A stretch of DNA of 38,485 bases, from positions 1 to 38,485 of IMG/VR virus record IMGVR_UViG_3300045988_113345. One strand, given 5' to 3'. This DNA is from a virus. Below are positions 8,574-14,960 of this stretch, in pieces (within the stretch, counting starts at the first letter, position 1; each line of letters opens with the position of its first letter). The notes beneath the pieces are model-generated. The model was not told the origin of the DNA and did not search any database. It saw nothing but the letters and a program-made list of their open reading frames with translations. Both the position numbers and the translations under genes were made by a program.

Positions 8574-8586
8574 ATCGTGGTACAAT
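8558..8586 (+). promoter_or_regulatory. Rightward promoter
   Basis: TTGACG (8558-8563), 17-nt spacer ending in TGG, TACAAT (8581-8586). 28 nt upstream of ATG 8614. Confidence 0.6.
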
Positions 8587-8613
8587 AAAAGATAAATAAG
8601 GGAGGTGATAAAA

Positions 8614-8859
8614 ATGGAAACGATAAGCATCACGTTCAAGGCATCTGACATTGGAGAAGTTACACTTGAAAATATTTCATGCGTGGAATATGGAACTTCC
8701 GAAAACAACTTGAAAAAGGTAGAAGGTGCTGCTTTAGCCACACACAGGTTTGAAATGGGGTATAATTTGTACCACATTATCGGCAAAGGCTTGAATGTGA
8801 CTTTTTCAAGCAGCAAAATCTTTTACATCAAAGTTCAATGCACACCTATTCCATTTTAA
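8614..8859 (+). CDS. Hypothetical 81-aa protein (orphan)
   Basis: ATG 8614 with SD GGAGGTGA 8 nt upstream and its own promoter. No motif recognised. AT-rich. Confidence 0.6.
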   Translation: METISITFKASDIGEVTLENISCVEYGTSENNLKKVEGAALATHRFEMGYNLYHIIGKGLNVTFSSSKIFYIKVQCTPIPF

Positions 8860-9023
8860 ACTTCTTTAGGCTTAAGTACATCGTCCACACTTTTCTCAAG
8901 CACCTCAGCTTTCAGGGAAACCTCTAAGCTGGGGTATCTTTTTTCAGCAAAGTTTAAGAACTTCATGAAGTCTTTCAGTTCTTCACAGGTGATTGCGTTG
9001 CAAGTTGTGATTTCGATTTTCAT
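8856..9023 (-). CDS. Hypothetical 55-aa protein (orphan)
   Basis: Internal ATG 9023 with SD AAAGGTGG. Its own consensus promoter lies ~95 nt upstream. Its stop codon overlaps that of the convergent 8614 gene within TTAA (8856-8859). Confidence 0.55.
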   Translation of the reverse strand: MKIEITTCNAITCEELKDFMKFLNFAEKRYPSLEVSLKAEVLEKSVDDVLKPKEV

Positions 9024-9122
9024 ATTCTCGCCACCTTTCTGCTTTAATTTCAGCCCGGCTTTCAGTTTTCTCCTGCGGTTTACTTCCCGTTTAAGTTTTC
9101 TGCTTTCCTCAACTGTGGTTTT

Positions 9123-9151
9123 AGTATAACACATTCGTGATATTATGTCAA
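9123..9151 (-). promoter_or_regulatory. Leftward promoter for the 55-aa gene
   Basis: Minus strand TTGACA-17 nt (ending TGTGT)-TATACT. Leaves a leader of roughly 90-100 nt before ATG 9023. Confidence 0.65.
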
Positions 9152-9211
9152 GCGTTTTTCTTATGTTCGTGATATATTTTTCTACTTTTGTAGGATTGCA
9201 CAAAAAAATAG

Positions 9212-9229
9212 ATTCACATTTGTGTGAAT
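9212..9229. promoter_or_regulatory. 18-bp palindrome ATTCACA-TTTG-TGTGAAT (operator or weak minus-strand terminator)
   Basis: Perfect 7-bp arms between the divergent promoters at 9123-9151 and 9247-9275. On the minus strand it is followed after 3 nt by T7. Confidence 0.5.
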
Positions 9230-9246
9230 TGTATACGCTACTTTTA

Positions 9247-9275
9247 TTGACAATCACACGAACGTATGATATAAT
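9247..9275 (+). promoter_or_regulatory. Consensus promoter of the first XRE regulator
   Basis: TTGACA (9247-9252), 17-nt spacer ending in TGA, TATAAT (9270-9275). Confidence 0.75.
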
Positions 9276-9298
9276 AATGGTGAAAAGAGGTGATAAAA

Positions 9299-9757
9299 TT
9301 GGAAACAAAAGATGTTTTGAAAGCTTTAAGAAAGTCGAATGGCTTTACAACTATGCAGGATTTTTGCAAAGCATCTGGCATTAGTTTTAGTACTTATCAA
9401 AACTATGAAACTGGTAAAAGAATACCAACTGCGGATATGTTAATCAAACTCGCCGACTTTTACGGTGTAACAACGGACTACTTACTCGGTAGAGAGCCAG
9501 CCCCAGACCCGTTTGCAGACCTGAATCTCAACAAGGAATCAGAAACGAATGTCATTGATAAGTATATGAGCTTGCCGCCAAATATCCGTGCTTGTCTGAT
9601 GGATGTCTTGCTCCAGCTTGCTGACGCAGCAAAGCAGCGGCAAAACAACGCACAGCCGGAAGACGATACGCAGTGCAGTAAATTGTCCATCTCAACGACG
9701 CTTGGAACGATTGAGAACGAAATTGAGAAGATGGCTATGGCAAAAGGCGGAGCATAA
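9299..9757 (+). CDS. XRE-family HTH transcriptional regulator (repressor candidate)
   Basis: 152 aa from TTG 9299 (GTG 9290 is also possible). SD AGAGGTGA. HTH FCKASGISFSTYQNYETGKRIPTADMLIKLADFYGVTTDYLLGR, plus a ~80-aa C-terminal domain of unknown type. Confidence 0.8.
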   Translation: METKDVLKALRKSNGFTTMQDFCKASGISFSTYQNYETGKRIPTADMLIKLADFYGVTTDYLLGREPAPDPFADLNLNKESETNVIDKYMSLPPNIRACLMDVLLQLADAAKQRQNNAQPEDDTQCSKLSISTTLGTIENEIEKMAMAKGGA

Positions 9758-9826
9758 TGCTCACAAAAGCCTTGAAAAAATGAGTGTGTCCGGACAGCAC
9801 TAAAAAAATCGCCGGAGCAAAAAACG

Positions 9827-9858
9827 GAGCCGTAAAAAAATCTTACGGCTCTTTTTTT
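9827..9858 (+). terminator. Intrinsic terminator
   Basis: GAGCCGTAA / TTACGGCTC 9-bp stem, 7-nt loop, T7 tail. Confidence 0.8.
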
Positions 9859-9922
9859 GTTTGTAAAATTATACAAAACGTATCTTATTTTTTGTGCATC
9901 TATACAAATTGCGTAAAAGCGA

Positions 9923-9951
9923 TTGACATTATACGCAAACTGTGTTATTAT
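9923..9951 (+). promoter_or_regulatory. Promoter of the second XRE regulator
   Basis: TTGACA (9923-9928), 17-nt spacer ending in TGTGT, TATTAT (9946-9951). Confidence 0.65.
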
Positions 9952-9975
9952 AGGATACAGAGAGGAGGTGATATT

Positions 9976-10332
9976 ATGGCATGGTTTAATGCTCTCAAAT
10001 CACTAAGACGTGACACCGGTTACACCGCCATTGAAACAGCAAAAAAGCTGGGGCTGCCGTATACAACTTATGTCAGCTACGAGCAAGGCAAACGGGAACC
10101 AAGCATCAACTGCCTGATTAAACTTGCTAACTACTTTGATGTGCCTCTGGATACATTGCTTGACCGGAACGACGAGGTAAGCGGCGATGACGAAGAAGAA
10201 CCATCATTTTCAGAAATGTATGGTCGACTGTCGGCGGAAAAAAAACGCAAAATTGACAAATCGTTAAAAAGCCTCATGGAAATGTTTGATGGGCTAAAAG
10301 ACGAAGAAGAAGAAGAAGAAGAAGAAAACTAA
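9976..10332 (+). CDS. XRE-family HTH transcriptional regulator with poly-Glu tail
   Basis: 118 aa from ATG 9976 (SD GGAGGTGA). HTH AIETAKKLGLPYTTYVSYEQGKREPSINCLIKLANYFDVPLDTLL. C-terminus DEEEEEEEEN. Confidence 0.8.
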   Translation: MAWFNALKSLRRDTGYTAIETAKKLGLPYTTYVSYEQGKREPSINCLIKLANYFDVPLDTLLDRNDEVSGDDEEEPSFSEMYGRLSAEKKRKIDKSLKSLMEMFDGLKDEEEEEEEEN

Positions 10333-10350
10333 GTAAAACAACAACCAAAA

Positions 10351-10396
10351 ACTGCCTGCGAGAACAAAAAAAACGTTCTTGCAGGCAGTTTTTTTG
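10351..10396 (+). terminator. Intrinsic terminator
   Basis: ACTGCCTGCGAGAAC / GTTCTTGCAGGCAGT 15-bp stem (1 mismatch), A-rich loop, T7 tail. Confidence 0.85.
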
Positions 10397-10401
10397 TAAA
10401 A

Positions 10402-10421
10402 AGCCCCCCAGAGGTCGAAAC
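10402..10421. terminator. Left half of a bidirectional terminator split by the IS element
   Basis: AGCCCCCCAGAGG + TCGAAAC. Its complement CCTCTGAGGGGCT + T-run lies at 11757-11776, on the far side of the IS. Confidence 0.7.
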
Positions 10422-10501
10422 TGAACTGACCCCAAAAAGTTAGACAAAGATTCAAAAGAAAATTTATGCAAAGCGACTAAGAGGAATCTTGGTCGCTTTT
10501 G

Positions 10502-11338
10502 TTATGCAGCTTCCTGTCTGAATTCTACAGGAGATAGGCCATTCAGCTTAAGTTTGATGCGTTTGTTGTTGTACCATTCTATGTATTCATGAAGTTCTTC
10601 AATGAAATGCTCGACAGAATGAAATTCCTGCAAATAGAGAAGCTCTGTTTTCAGCAAGCCGAAGAAGTTCTCGGCACAGGCATTGTCAAGACAATTCCCC
10701 TTTCGGGACATACTCTGCCGGATGCCTTTCTCTTTCAGCATTTTCAGATAGTGCTTGTGTTGATACTGCCAGCCTTGGTCTGAATGAAGAATCAGATTTG
10801 TGTTGTCCGGTATTTTTGAAAATGCTTTCTCAAGCATATCCGTTACCTGATTCAAATTCGGATGACGGCTTAAATTGTATGAAATCACTTCGCCATTATA
10901 TAGATCAATGATTGGTGACAGATACAGCTTTATTCCAAACAAAGCAAATTCAGTAACATCCGTTACCCACTTCTGATTTGGCTGATCTGCTTTGAAATTC
11001 CGTTTCAGAAGATTTGGTGCGATTCTGCCGACATTACCCTTGTATGAGTGATACTTGTGCATACGAACACGGCAAAATATGCCCATTTTACGCATCAGTT
11101 TCTGTACAGTCTTGTGATTGATCACAAACTTCTTCTTCAATTCTTTTGTAATTCTCCGATATCCGTAACGCCCTTTGCTTTCCTCATAAATGCGGCGTAT
11201 TTCAGTTTTGATTTCAGCATATCGATCTGGCTTTGGATGATCAAATTGCTTGCTGTAATAGTAATAGGTACTGCGGGGAATATCGGCAATCTCAATGAGC
11301 AGTCCTATTTTATGTTCATGCCTCAGTTCCCATATCAC
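10502..11338 (-). CDS. IS3-family transposase OrfB (DDE/rve catalytic part), expressed as an OrfAB fusion
   Basis: 278-aa ORF in the -1 frame relative to orfA. That frame is open back to the slippery site at 11392. Typical IS3 features: IGLLIEI..., WVTDVTEF, LHSDQGWQY, NACAENFF, LNGLSPVEFR. Confidence 0.9.
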   Translation of the reverse strand: MIWELRHEHKIGLLIEIADIPRSTYYYYSKQFDHPKPDRYAEIKTEIRRIYEESKGRYGYRRITKELKKKFVINHKTVQKLMRKMGIFCRVRMHKYHSYKGNVGRIAPNLLKRNFKADQPNQKWVTDVTEFALFGIKLYLSPIIDLYNGEVISYNLSRHPNLNQVTDMLEKAFSKIPDNTNLILHSDQGWQYQHKHYLKMLKEKGIRQSMSRKGNCLDNACAENFFGLLKTELLYLQEFHSVEHFIEELHEYIEWYNNKRIKLKLNGLSPVEFRQEAA

Positions 11339-11676
11339 TTGTGCTTTTTCTCTTGCCGTACCCGCTCGGCAACCAAGGCATTCAATTTTTTTAAGTATGC
11401 ATTCTCCGCACGAAGACGCTGTACTTCTGCAATCAGATCTTCTTCTTTCTTAATTTTCGGAGGTCGCCCTGTGGATTTCCTTCCTCTGCGTTCTATGTAA
11501 AGTCCCTCCGCTCCTTCTTCAAGATAGATTCGTTCCCATGCTGCTACTCTATCATGATCGCGTATGTCAAATTGACGTGCAGTTTCACGATAGCTTAACT
11601 TTTCTCTATGCATTGTTTCCACTACTTTGATTTTGAATTCCGGTGTGTATCTTTTGTTCGGCTGTCCTTTTGGCAT
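11335..11676 (-). CDS. IS3-family transposase OrfA (HTH + leucine zipper)
   Basis: 113 aa. PNKRYTPEFKIKVVE...LSYRETARQFDI... and a C-terminal heptad region AEVQRLRAENAYLKKLNALV. Confidence 0.9.
   Translation of the reverse strand: MPKGQPNKRYTPEFKIKVVETMHREKLSYRETARQFDIRDHDRVAAWERIYLEEGAEGLYIERRGRKSTGRPPKIKKEEDLIAEVQRLRAENAYLKKLNALVAERVRQEKKHK
11386..11392 (-). other. Programmed -1 ribosomal frameshift heptamer A AAA AAA
   Basis: orfA reads TTA AAA AAA TTG. Sliding back 1 nt gives AAA AAA ATT GAA..., which runs without a stop into the orfB frame. Confidence 0.75.
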
Positions 11677-11754
11677 AAAAATGCCCCCTTTCGTTAGTTT
11701 TTTATTGGTATATTTCTATTATACCACATTGTCTAACAAAAGGGGAGCATTTCA

Positions 11755-11776
11755 AACCTCTGAGGGGCTATTTTTT
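11755..11776. terminator. Right half of the IS-disrupted bidirectional terminator
   Basis: AAC (target duplication) + CTCTGAGGGGCT + A + TTTTTT. The rep stop codon is at 11775-11777. Confidence 0.7.
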
Positions 11777-12833
11777 AATATAGGTTGTATGCTGCAGGCT
11801 GGAAAGCATCGCGTTCGAGCATTTTTAAAAAATAAGCAAATCTGTTTTTTATAGGTTTGTTTTCCGCTGCAACATTAAGTGCAGCATATTTTTCACGGAG
11901 ATAAAATTGCTTACCATACAACTCGTTTTTTGTTAGCTTGTCTTTTGGTATGTCGATACGGACAAGTACACGGGCGATTTGCTCCATCTCAGCTTTGTTA
12001 AACTCATAATTGCACCCCTCGGCAAGCGTAGCAAGCCTCTCTGAGCCATAAGTGATTGTCCAGTCAATTCCATCTCGGTCTTCATAAAGCGGCTCTATGG
12101 GGCTGCCAGTGACGTTCTGGGGCGTTTTGAGTATAAATTGTATGCCGGATACTTTGCGACCACGCCGCAGGGCTACATAATCAAAATCAATGTCGGTTTT
12201 TTGGGATAACTCTTTTTGACACTTTTTTAATACCATGGTACTAAAACGCTTGTACTCACTGTATGTGTCCGCCGTGCAGCAGAGCATTTTTTTTAGTTCG
12301 CCAAGCGGTATCGTCCACGCCCCTCGAAAGCGGTTACTCTCTAAATACAAATACAAGATGTAACTGTATCTGGATGTTAAATTGACTACATTTTTAAGAC
12401 GGTATCTCAAATAGCCGATACTCTCAATATTAAAGATGTACTCCATCGCCTCTGGCGAGCATGCAAGTTTGATTGTCCAAAGCCCATCGTCCCCCTGCGT
12501 ACACTCAGCACACGAAAAAAGGGCTATTTTAGTAAATTTGTTTGGTTTGTCAGGGTCTTGGATAGTAACAACCTTAAAAAGGTTGTCAATCCGGTCAGAT
12601 AAATCCTTGTTTTTTATTTGCGTAACGCCCAGCAGCGACTCCAACTCACCCTTATCAAACGTCACACACCGCTCCTCTAGGTTGTGACTATTGATTTTTG
12701 ACAAGTACGCATCCAGTATTTTAAACTCTGCAAGCGTCATTTTAGTTTCGGATAGTGATTGCAGGGGGTTTGACTTTTGTACTAAAAAATTGCAATTGCC
12801 AGAAATTTGTGGTAGTGTTGTTCTTTTTGGCAT
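11775..12833 (-). CDS. Rep_3-type (RepB-like) theta-replication initiator protein
   Basis: 352 aa from ATG 12833 (SD GAGGTGA). Winged-helix pattern MTLAEFKILDAYLSKI..., LTSRYSYILYLYLESNRFRG..IPLGELKKML, YSEYKRFSTMVLKKCQKEL...DIDFDYVALRRGRKVSGIQFILK. Iterons lie immediately upstream. Confidence 0.85.
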   Translation of the reverse strand: MPKRTTLPQISGNCNFLVQKSNPLQSLSETKMTLAEFKILDAYLSKINSHNLEERCVTFDKGELESLLGVTQIKNKDLSDRIDNLFKVVTIQDPDKPNKFTKIALFSCAECTQGDDGLWTIKLACSPEAMEYIFNIESIGYLRYRLKNVVNLTSRYSYILYLYLESNRFRGAWTIPLGELKKMLCCTADTYSEYKRFSTMVLKKCQKELSQKTDIDFDYVALRRGRKVSGIQFILKTPQNVTGSPIEPLYEDRDGIDWTITYGSERLATLAEGCNYEFNKAEMEQIARVLVRIDIPKDKLTKNELYGKQFYLREKYAALNVAAENKPIKNRFAYFLKMLERDAFQPAAYNLY

Positions 12834-12851
12834 GATTATCACCTCATGCTT

Positions 12852-12880
12852 ATTTTAACATAAAGACGTGGTTTTGTCAA
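12852..12880 (-). promoter_or_regulatory. rep promoter abutting the iterons
   Basis: Minus strand TTGACA (12880-12875), 17 nt ending in TGT, TAAAAT (12857-12852). The -35 overlaps the degenerate fifth iteron. Confidence 0.7.
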
Positions 12881-12987
12881 TAGCAATACGCCCTTTGATG
12901 GAAAAGAATATGTCCCTTCACGGAAAAGGATACATCCCTTCACGGAAAAGGATACGTCCCTTCACGGAAAAGGATACGTCCCTAAAC
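12879..12987. repeat. Iterons: four tandem 22-bp direct repeats plus one degenerate copy
   Basis: GGAAAAG(A/G)ATA(T/C)(G/A)TCCCTTCAC at 12900, 12922, 12944 and 12966, contiguous with no spacers. A degenerate copy ...CAATACGCCCTTTGATG lies at 12879-12899. Confidence 0.9.
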
Positions 12988-13026
12988 ATCAAACCGCCCC
13001 GAAAATCCGGACTTTTTTACACCCCG

Positions 13027-13086
13027 TAATCAAGTAGATAATCAAGTTATAATCAAGTTATAATCAAGATGATTGATTGATTGATG
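13027..13086. repeat. Helically phased AT-rich repeats (AATCAAG x4, then GATT x3)
   Basis: AATCAAG starts at 13028, 13040, 13051 and 13062 (11-12 bp spacing), followed by GATTGATTGATTGATG. Confidence 0.8.
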
Positions 13087-13111
13087 TGCACAAAAAACAA
13101 AAAAATTGCTT

Positions 13112-13168
13112 TTAAAATAAAAAAAGAAGCCGCTTCCTGAGATGATCAGTTTCAGGGAACGGCTTTTT
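13112..13168. terminator. Bidirectional intrinsic terminator (end of the late/lysis transcript)
   Basis: AGCCGCTTCCTGA / TCAGGGAACGGCT stem with small bulges. A-run upstream (13112-13125) and T5 downstream, so it works on both strands. Confidence 0.8.
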
Positions 13169-13226
13169 CCACAATTAGTAGGTTGGAAAAAATAAAAAAT
13201 TTTCATCCGGTACATCCGGATTGAAT
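13112..13226 (-). ncRNA. Candidate ~100-nt RNA between a consensus promoter and the terminator, upstream of the plasmid-type origin
   Basis: Transcription from the 13233-13262 promoter would start near 13226, pass a small hairpin (AUCCGG-AUGUA-CCGGAU + U-rich tract) and end at the 13128-13163 hairpin. No ORF in this stretch. Confidence 0.35.
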
Positions 13227-13232
13227 GAATTT

Positions 13233-13262
13233 ATTATATCATGTTTTTTTACAACTTGTCAA
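13233..13262 (-). promoter_or_regulatory. Consensus promoter pointing toward the origin region
   Basis: Minus strand TTGACA (13262-13257), 18 nt ending in TGA, TATAAT (13238-13233). Both hexamers are perfect. Confidence 0.7.
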
Positions 13263-13295
13263 TAAAATCACTTGTCGAATTTTGTCGATGAAAAA

Positions 13296-14498
13296 TTATA
13301 GCTTTTCGTCTATGTTTGCCACGTGTTTCAGAATTTGTTGCAGCGTGGATTCTTCGCTATCTGGTTCAGGCGTTGGCGTTGGCTCTGGTTCAGTTGGTTG
13401 CGTTGCTTTTGTGAACCCGTTCAGACCAGCATTTTTGATGATTGTAGGGTAATCTATGTAGCATTCATCTAAATCAACGTCCCCGTTAATACCGCTGATC
13501 GTTCCGCATCCCTTTTGCCAGATGCCATAATTGCCGGAATAACCGCATTCGCTGCTATAATCCGCACACCAAACTGTATACCGATTTCGCACCGATTCAG
13601 TGACATAATTTTCAAGGTAAAAGGTAGAGCAATACAAACCGGCATAATAGCCAGCCTGCTCCAATGTGCTGCAAAACGCTTCAACCATTTCGCTACAAAC
13701 CTGTTTTCCAAGAGCAAATTGCTTCTTTTCTTCCAAATCTAAATAAATTGGATATGCAAACTGCTTACCCTGTAGAACTTGCAAGCAGACACTTGCTTCC
13801 TGCCTTGCCTCTGCTGCACTCGTGGCATAACTATACCAAAACGCACCGCAGGGGATGCCGCTTTTCTGACAACCAGCATAATTCTCTTCAAAATAATCAT
13901 CAACCTGATTCTTCAAGATCTTTCCGAATCCGGCACGAATCAGAGCAAATGAAACTTTTCCAGACGCTTTTACTTTTACCCAATCAATTTTCTGCTGGCA
14001 GTATGATACATCAATCCCATAGAGGATATTTTTTGCAGATGTCAAACCAAAATACTTGTAAAAATCCTCTGTAACTGTGCCGTTTCCCTTTGTTTCATCT
14101 CCCAACCAGCGGTATCCTGTCCGCACATCCAGATGTGTGTACTGATAGGCTGCTGTAATGTTGGCAATACCGCCAAAGCCTAAATCCTGAGCCTTGCAGC
14201 ATACCGTTTTGCTGCTGATCGGCTGCCCGTCCTGCCCGTAACAGCAGACATCCGCAGCAGTGCCTTTTGTGTGCTGACCGCTGCTTGTACCGCCTACAGC
14301 CTTGTCATGCTCTGGGCAGCGATAACCGCTTGTCACAATGATTTTGCTACAGTTCAGGGCGGTGTAAAGCCGCTCTAACTTGTCTATTAGACCGCTGTCT
14401 ATTAAAATATCGTGCGATTTACCGCACTGGCATTTAAACTCTTGCACGTTAAAATGTGCTGACAGTTGGGTTTTGTCGTCAAATTTATACGTTGACAT
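13296..14498 (-). CDS. Two-domain endolysin: M15-type peptidase + GH25 muramidase
   Basis: 400 aa. N-terminal SGYRCPEHDKAVGGTSSGQHTKGTAADV (Zn D-Ala-D-Ala peptidase H..G.A.D motif). Central YGIDVSYCQQKIDWVKVKASGKVSFALIRAG (GH25). Pro/Glu/Thr linker near the C-terminus. Confidence 0.9.
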   Translation of the reverse strand: MSTYKFDDKTQLSAHFNVQEFKCQCGKSHDILIDSGLIDKLERLYTALNCSKIIVTSGYRCPEHDKAVGGTSSGQHTKGTAADVCCYGQDGQPISSKTVCCKAQDLGFGGIANITAAYQYTHLDVRTGYRWLGDETKGNGTVTEDFYKYFGLTSAKNILYGIDVSYCQQKIDWVKVKASGKVSFALIRAGFGKILKNQVDDYFEENYAGCQKSGIPCGAFWYSYATSAAEARQEASVCLQVLQGKQFAYPIYLDLEEKKQFALGKQVCSEMVEAFCSTLEQAGYYAGLYCSTFYLENYVTESVRNRYTVWCADYSSECGYSGNYGIWQKGCGTISGINGDVDLDECYIDYPTIIKNAGLNGFTKATQPTEPEPTPTPEPDSEESTLQQILKHVANIDEKL

Positions 14499-14612
14499 AG
14501 TTGATACACTCCTTTTCTTGTTTGAAATTGGTTAAAATACACATATTGCGTATATTCGTATTGTACATTCCTACAAATTGAGTAAAAGAACAACTAAAAT
14601 GATAAAAAAGCA

Positions 14613-14641
14613 TTGACAAATGTACCAAAATGGTATATACT
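14613..14641 (+). promoter_or_regulatory. Promoter of the opposite-strand cassette
   Basis: TTGACA (14613-14618), 17 nt, TATACT (14636-14641). The spacer contains the palindrome TACCA-AAA-TGGTA (14623-14635). Confidence 0.7.
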
Positions 14642-14721
14642 ATAATTACAGTTAAGGACAAGACAAAGTCCAAACAACATAGACCGCCCCACAGAGGGCA
14701 GAAAGAACGAGGGTATTTATT

Positions 14722-14922
14722 ATGGCTAACACAGTGAACTACAACGGAGCAACCTACAACTGGGACATCGTAAGCAGCTATTTTGATTTTGTCGTATCGG
14801 ACACAATCGACTGGAACGGTGATGAAACCAACGAAGAAGTACTTGCAAAGTACATTGCAGCAGACCCAGAGTTTGCAGACCTGTTTGAGTACGACTTTGT
14901 ACCGCTTGACACAATAGCGTAA
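14722..14922 (+). CDS. Very acidic 66-aa protein (anti-defence / DNA-mimic candidate)
   Basis: ATG 14722. By my count 9 Asp + 5 Glu against 1 Lys and no Arg. No family recognised. Confidence 0.6.
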   Translation: MANTVNYNGATYNWDIVSSYFDFVVSDTIDWNGDETNEEVLAKYIAADPEFADLFEYDFVPLDTIA

Positions 14923-14960
14923 ACAAAAACCTGCTGACCCATCGGCGTGACGGGGAGAAA

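Larger units (their letters stand above)
10422..11754 (-). mobile_element. IS3-family insertion sequence (IS150-like organisation), 1333 bp
   Basis: Ends TGAACTGACCCC...GTTAGACAA and TTGTCTAAC...GGGGAGCATTTCA (TG...CA, 17/26 identity between the inverted repeats). 3-bp direct repeat AAC at 10419-10421 and 11755-11757. orfA/orfB with an A7 frameshift site. Confidence 0.85.

Noticed and set aside
8304-8816. N-terminal extensions of track ORFs: 8304-8816, 8856-9308, 9784-10332, 32124-33650, 34731-35156, 35223-35702 and 16266-18800.
   Set aside because: The extensions run through promoters, terminators or the preceding gene and lack SDs. Internal starts with GGAGG-type SDs at 6-10 nt give compact, non-overlapping genes, so the shorter coordinates were used.
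9925-9945. Recurring TATAC(G/A)CAA...TGTG motif near promoters (8566, 9234, 9931, and 14535-14551 on the minus strand), considered as repressor operators.
   Set aside because: The conserved TGTG part coincides with the -16 TRTG / extended -10 element of Firmicutes promoters. The remaining 7-mer is short enough to recur by chance in 38 kb. The evidence is not strong enough to call operators without binding data.
10402-10421. AGCCCCCCAGAGG at 10402 and its complement at 11757-11769 initially looked like the terminal inverted repeats of the IS.
   Set aside because: The true IS ends are the TG...CA repeats at 10422 and 11754, flanked by the 3-bp duplication AAC. The outer complementary arms, together with the A-run and T-run, reconstitute a terminator hairpin that the IS has split.
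12900-12987. Regular 22-bp direct repeats that could be mistaken for a CRISPR array.
   Set aside because: The repeats are contiguous with no spacers and there are no cas genes. They sit directly upstream of a Rep_3-type gene and its promoter, so they are iterons.
14560-14587. Possible independent minus-strand promoter for the endolysin (TGtACAAT with TTTACT upstream).
   Set aside because: The spacing to the only -35-like hexamer is 15 nt, and the hexamers at 16-17 nt are poor. It is kept as an open question in the split-lysis finding rather than annotated.
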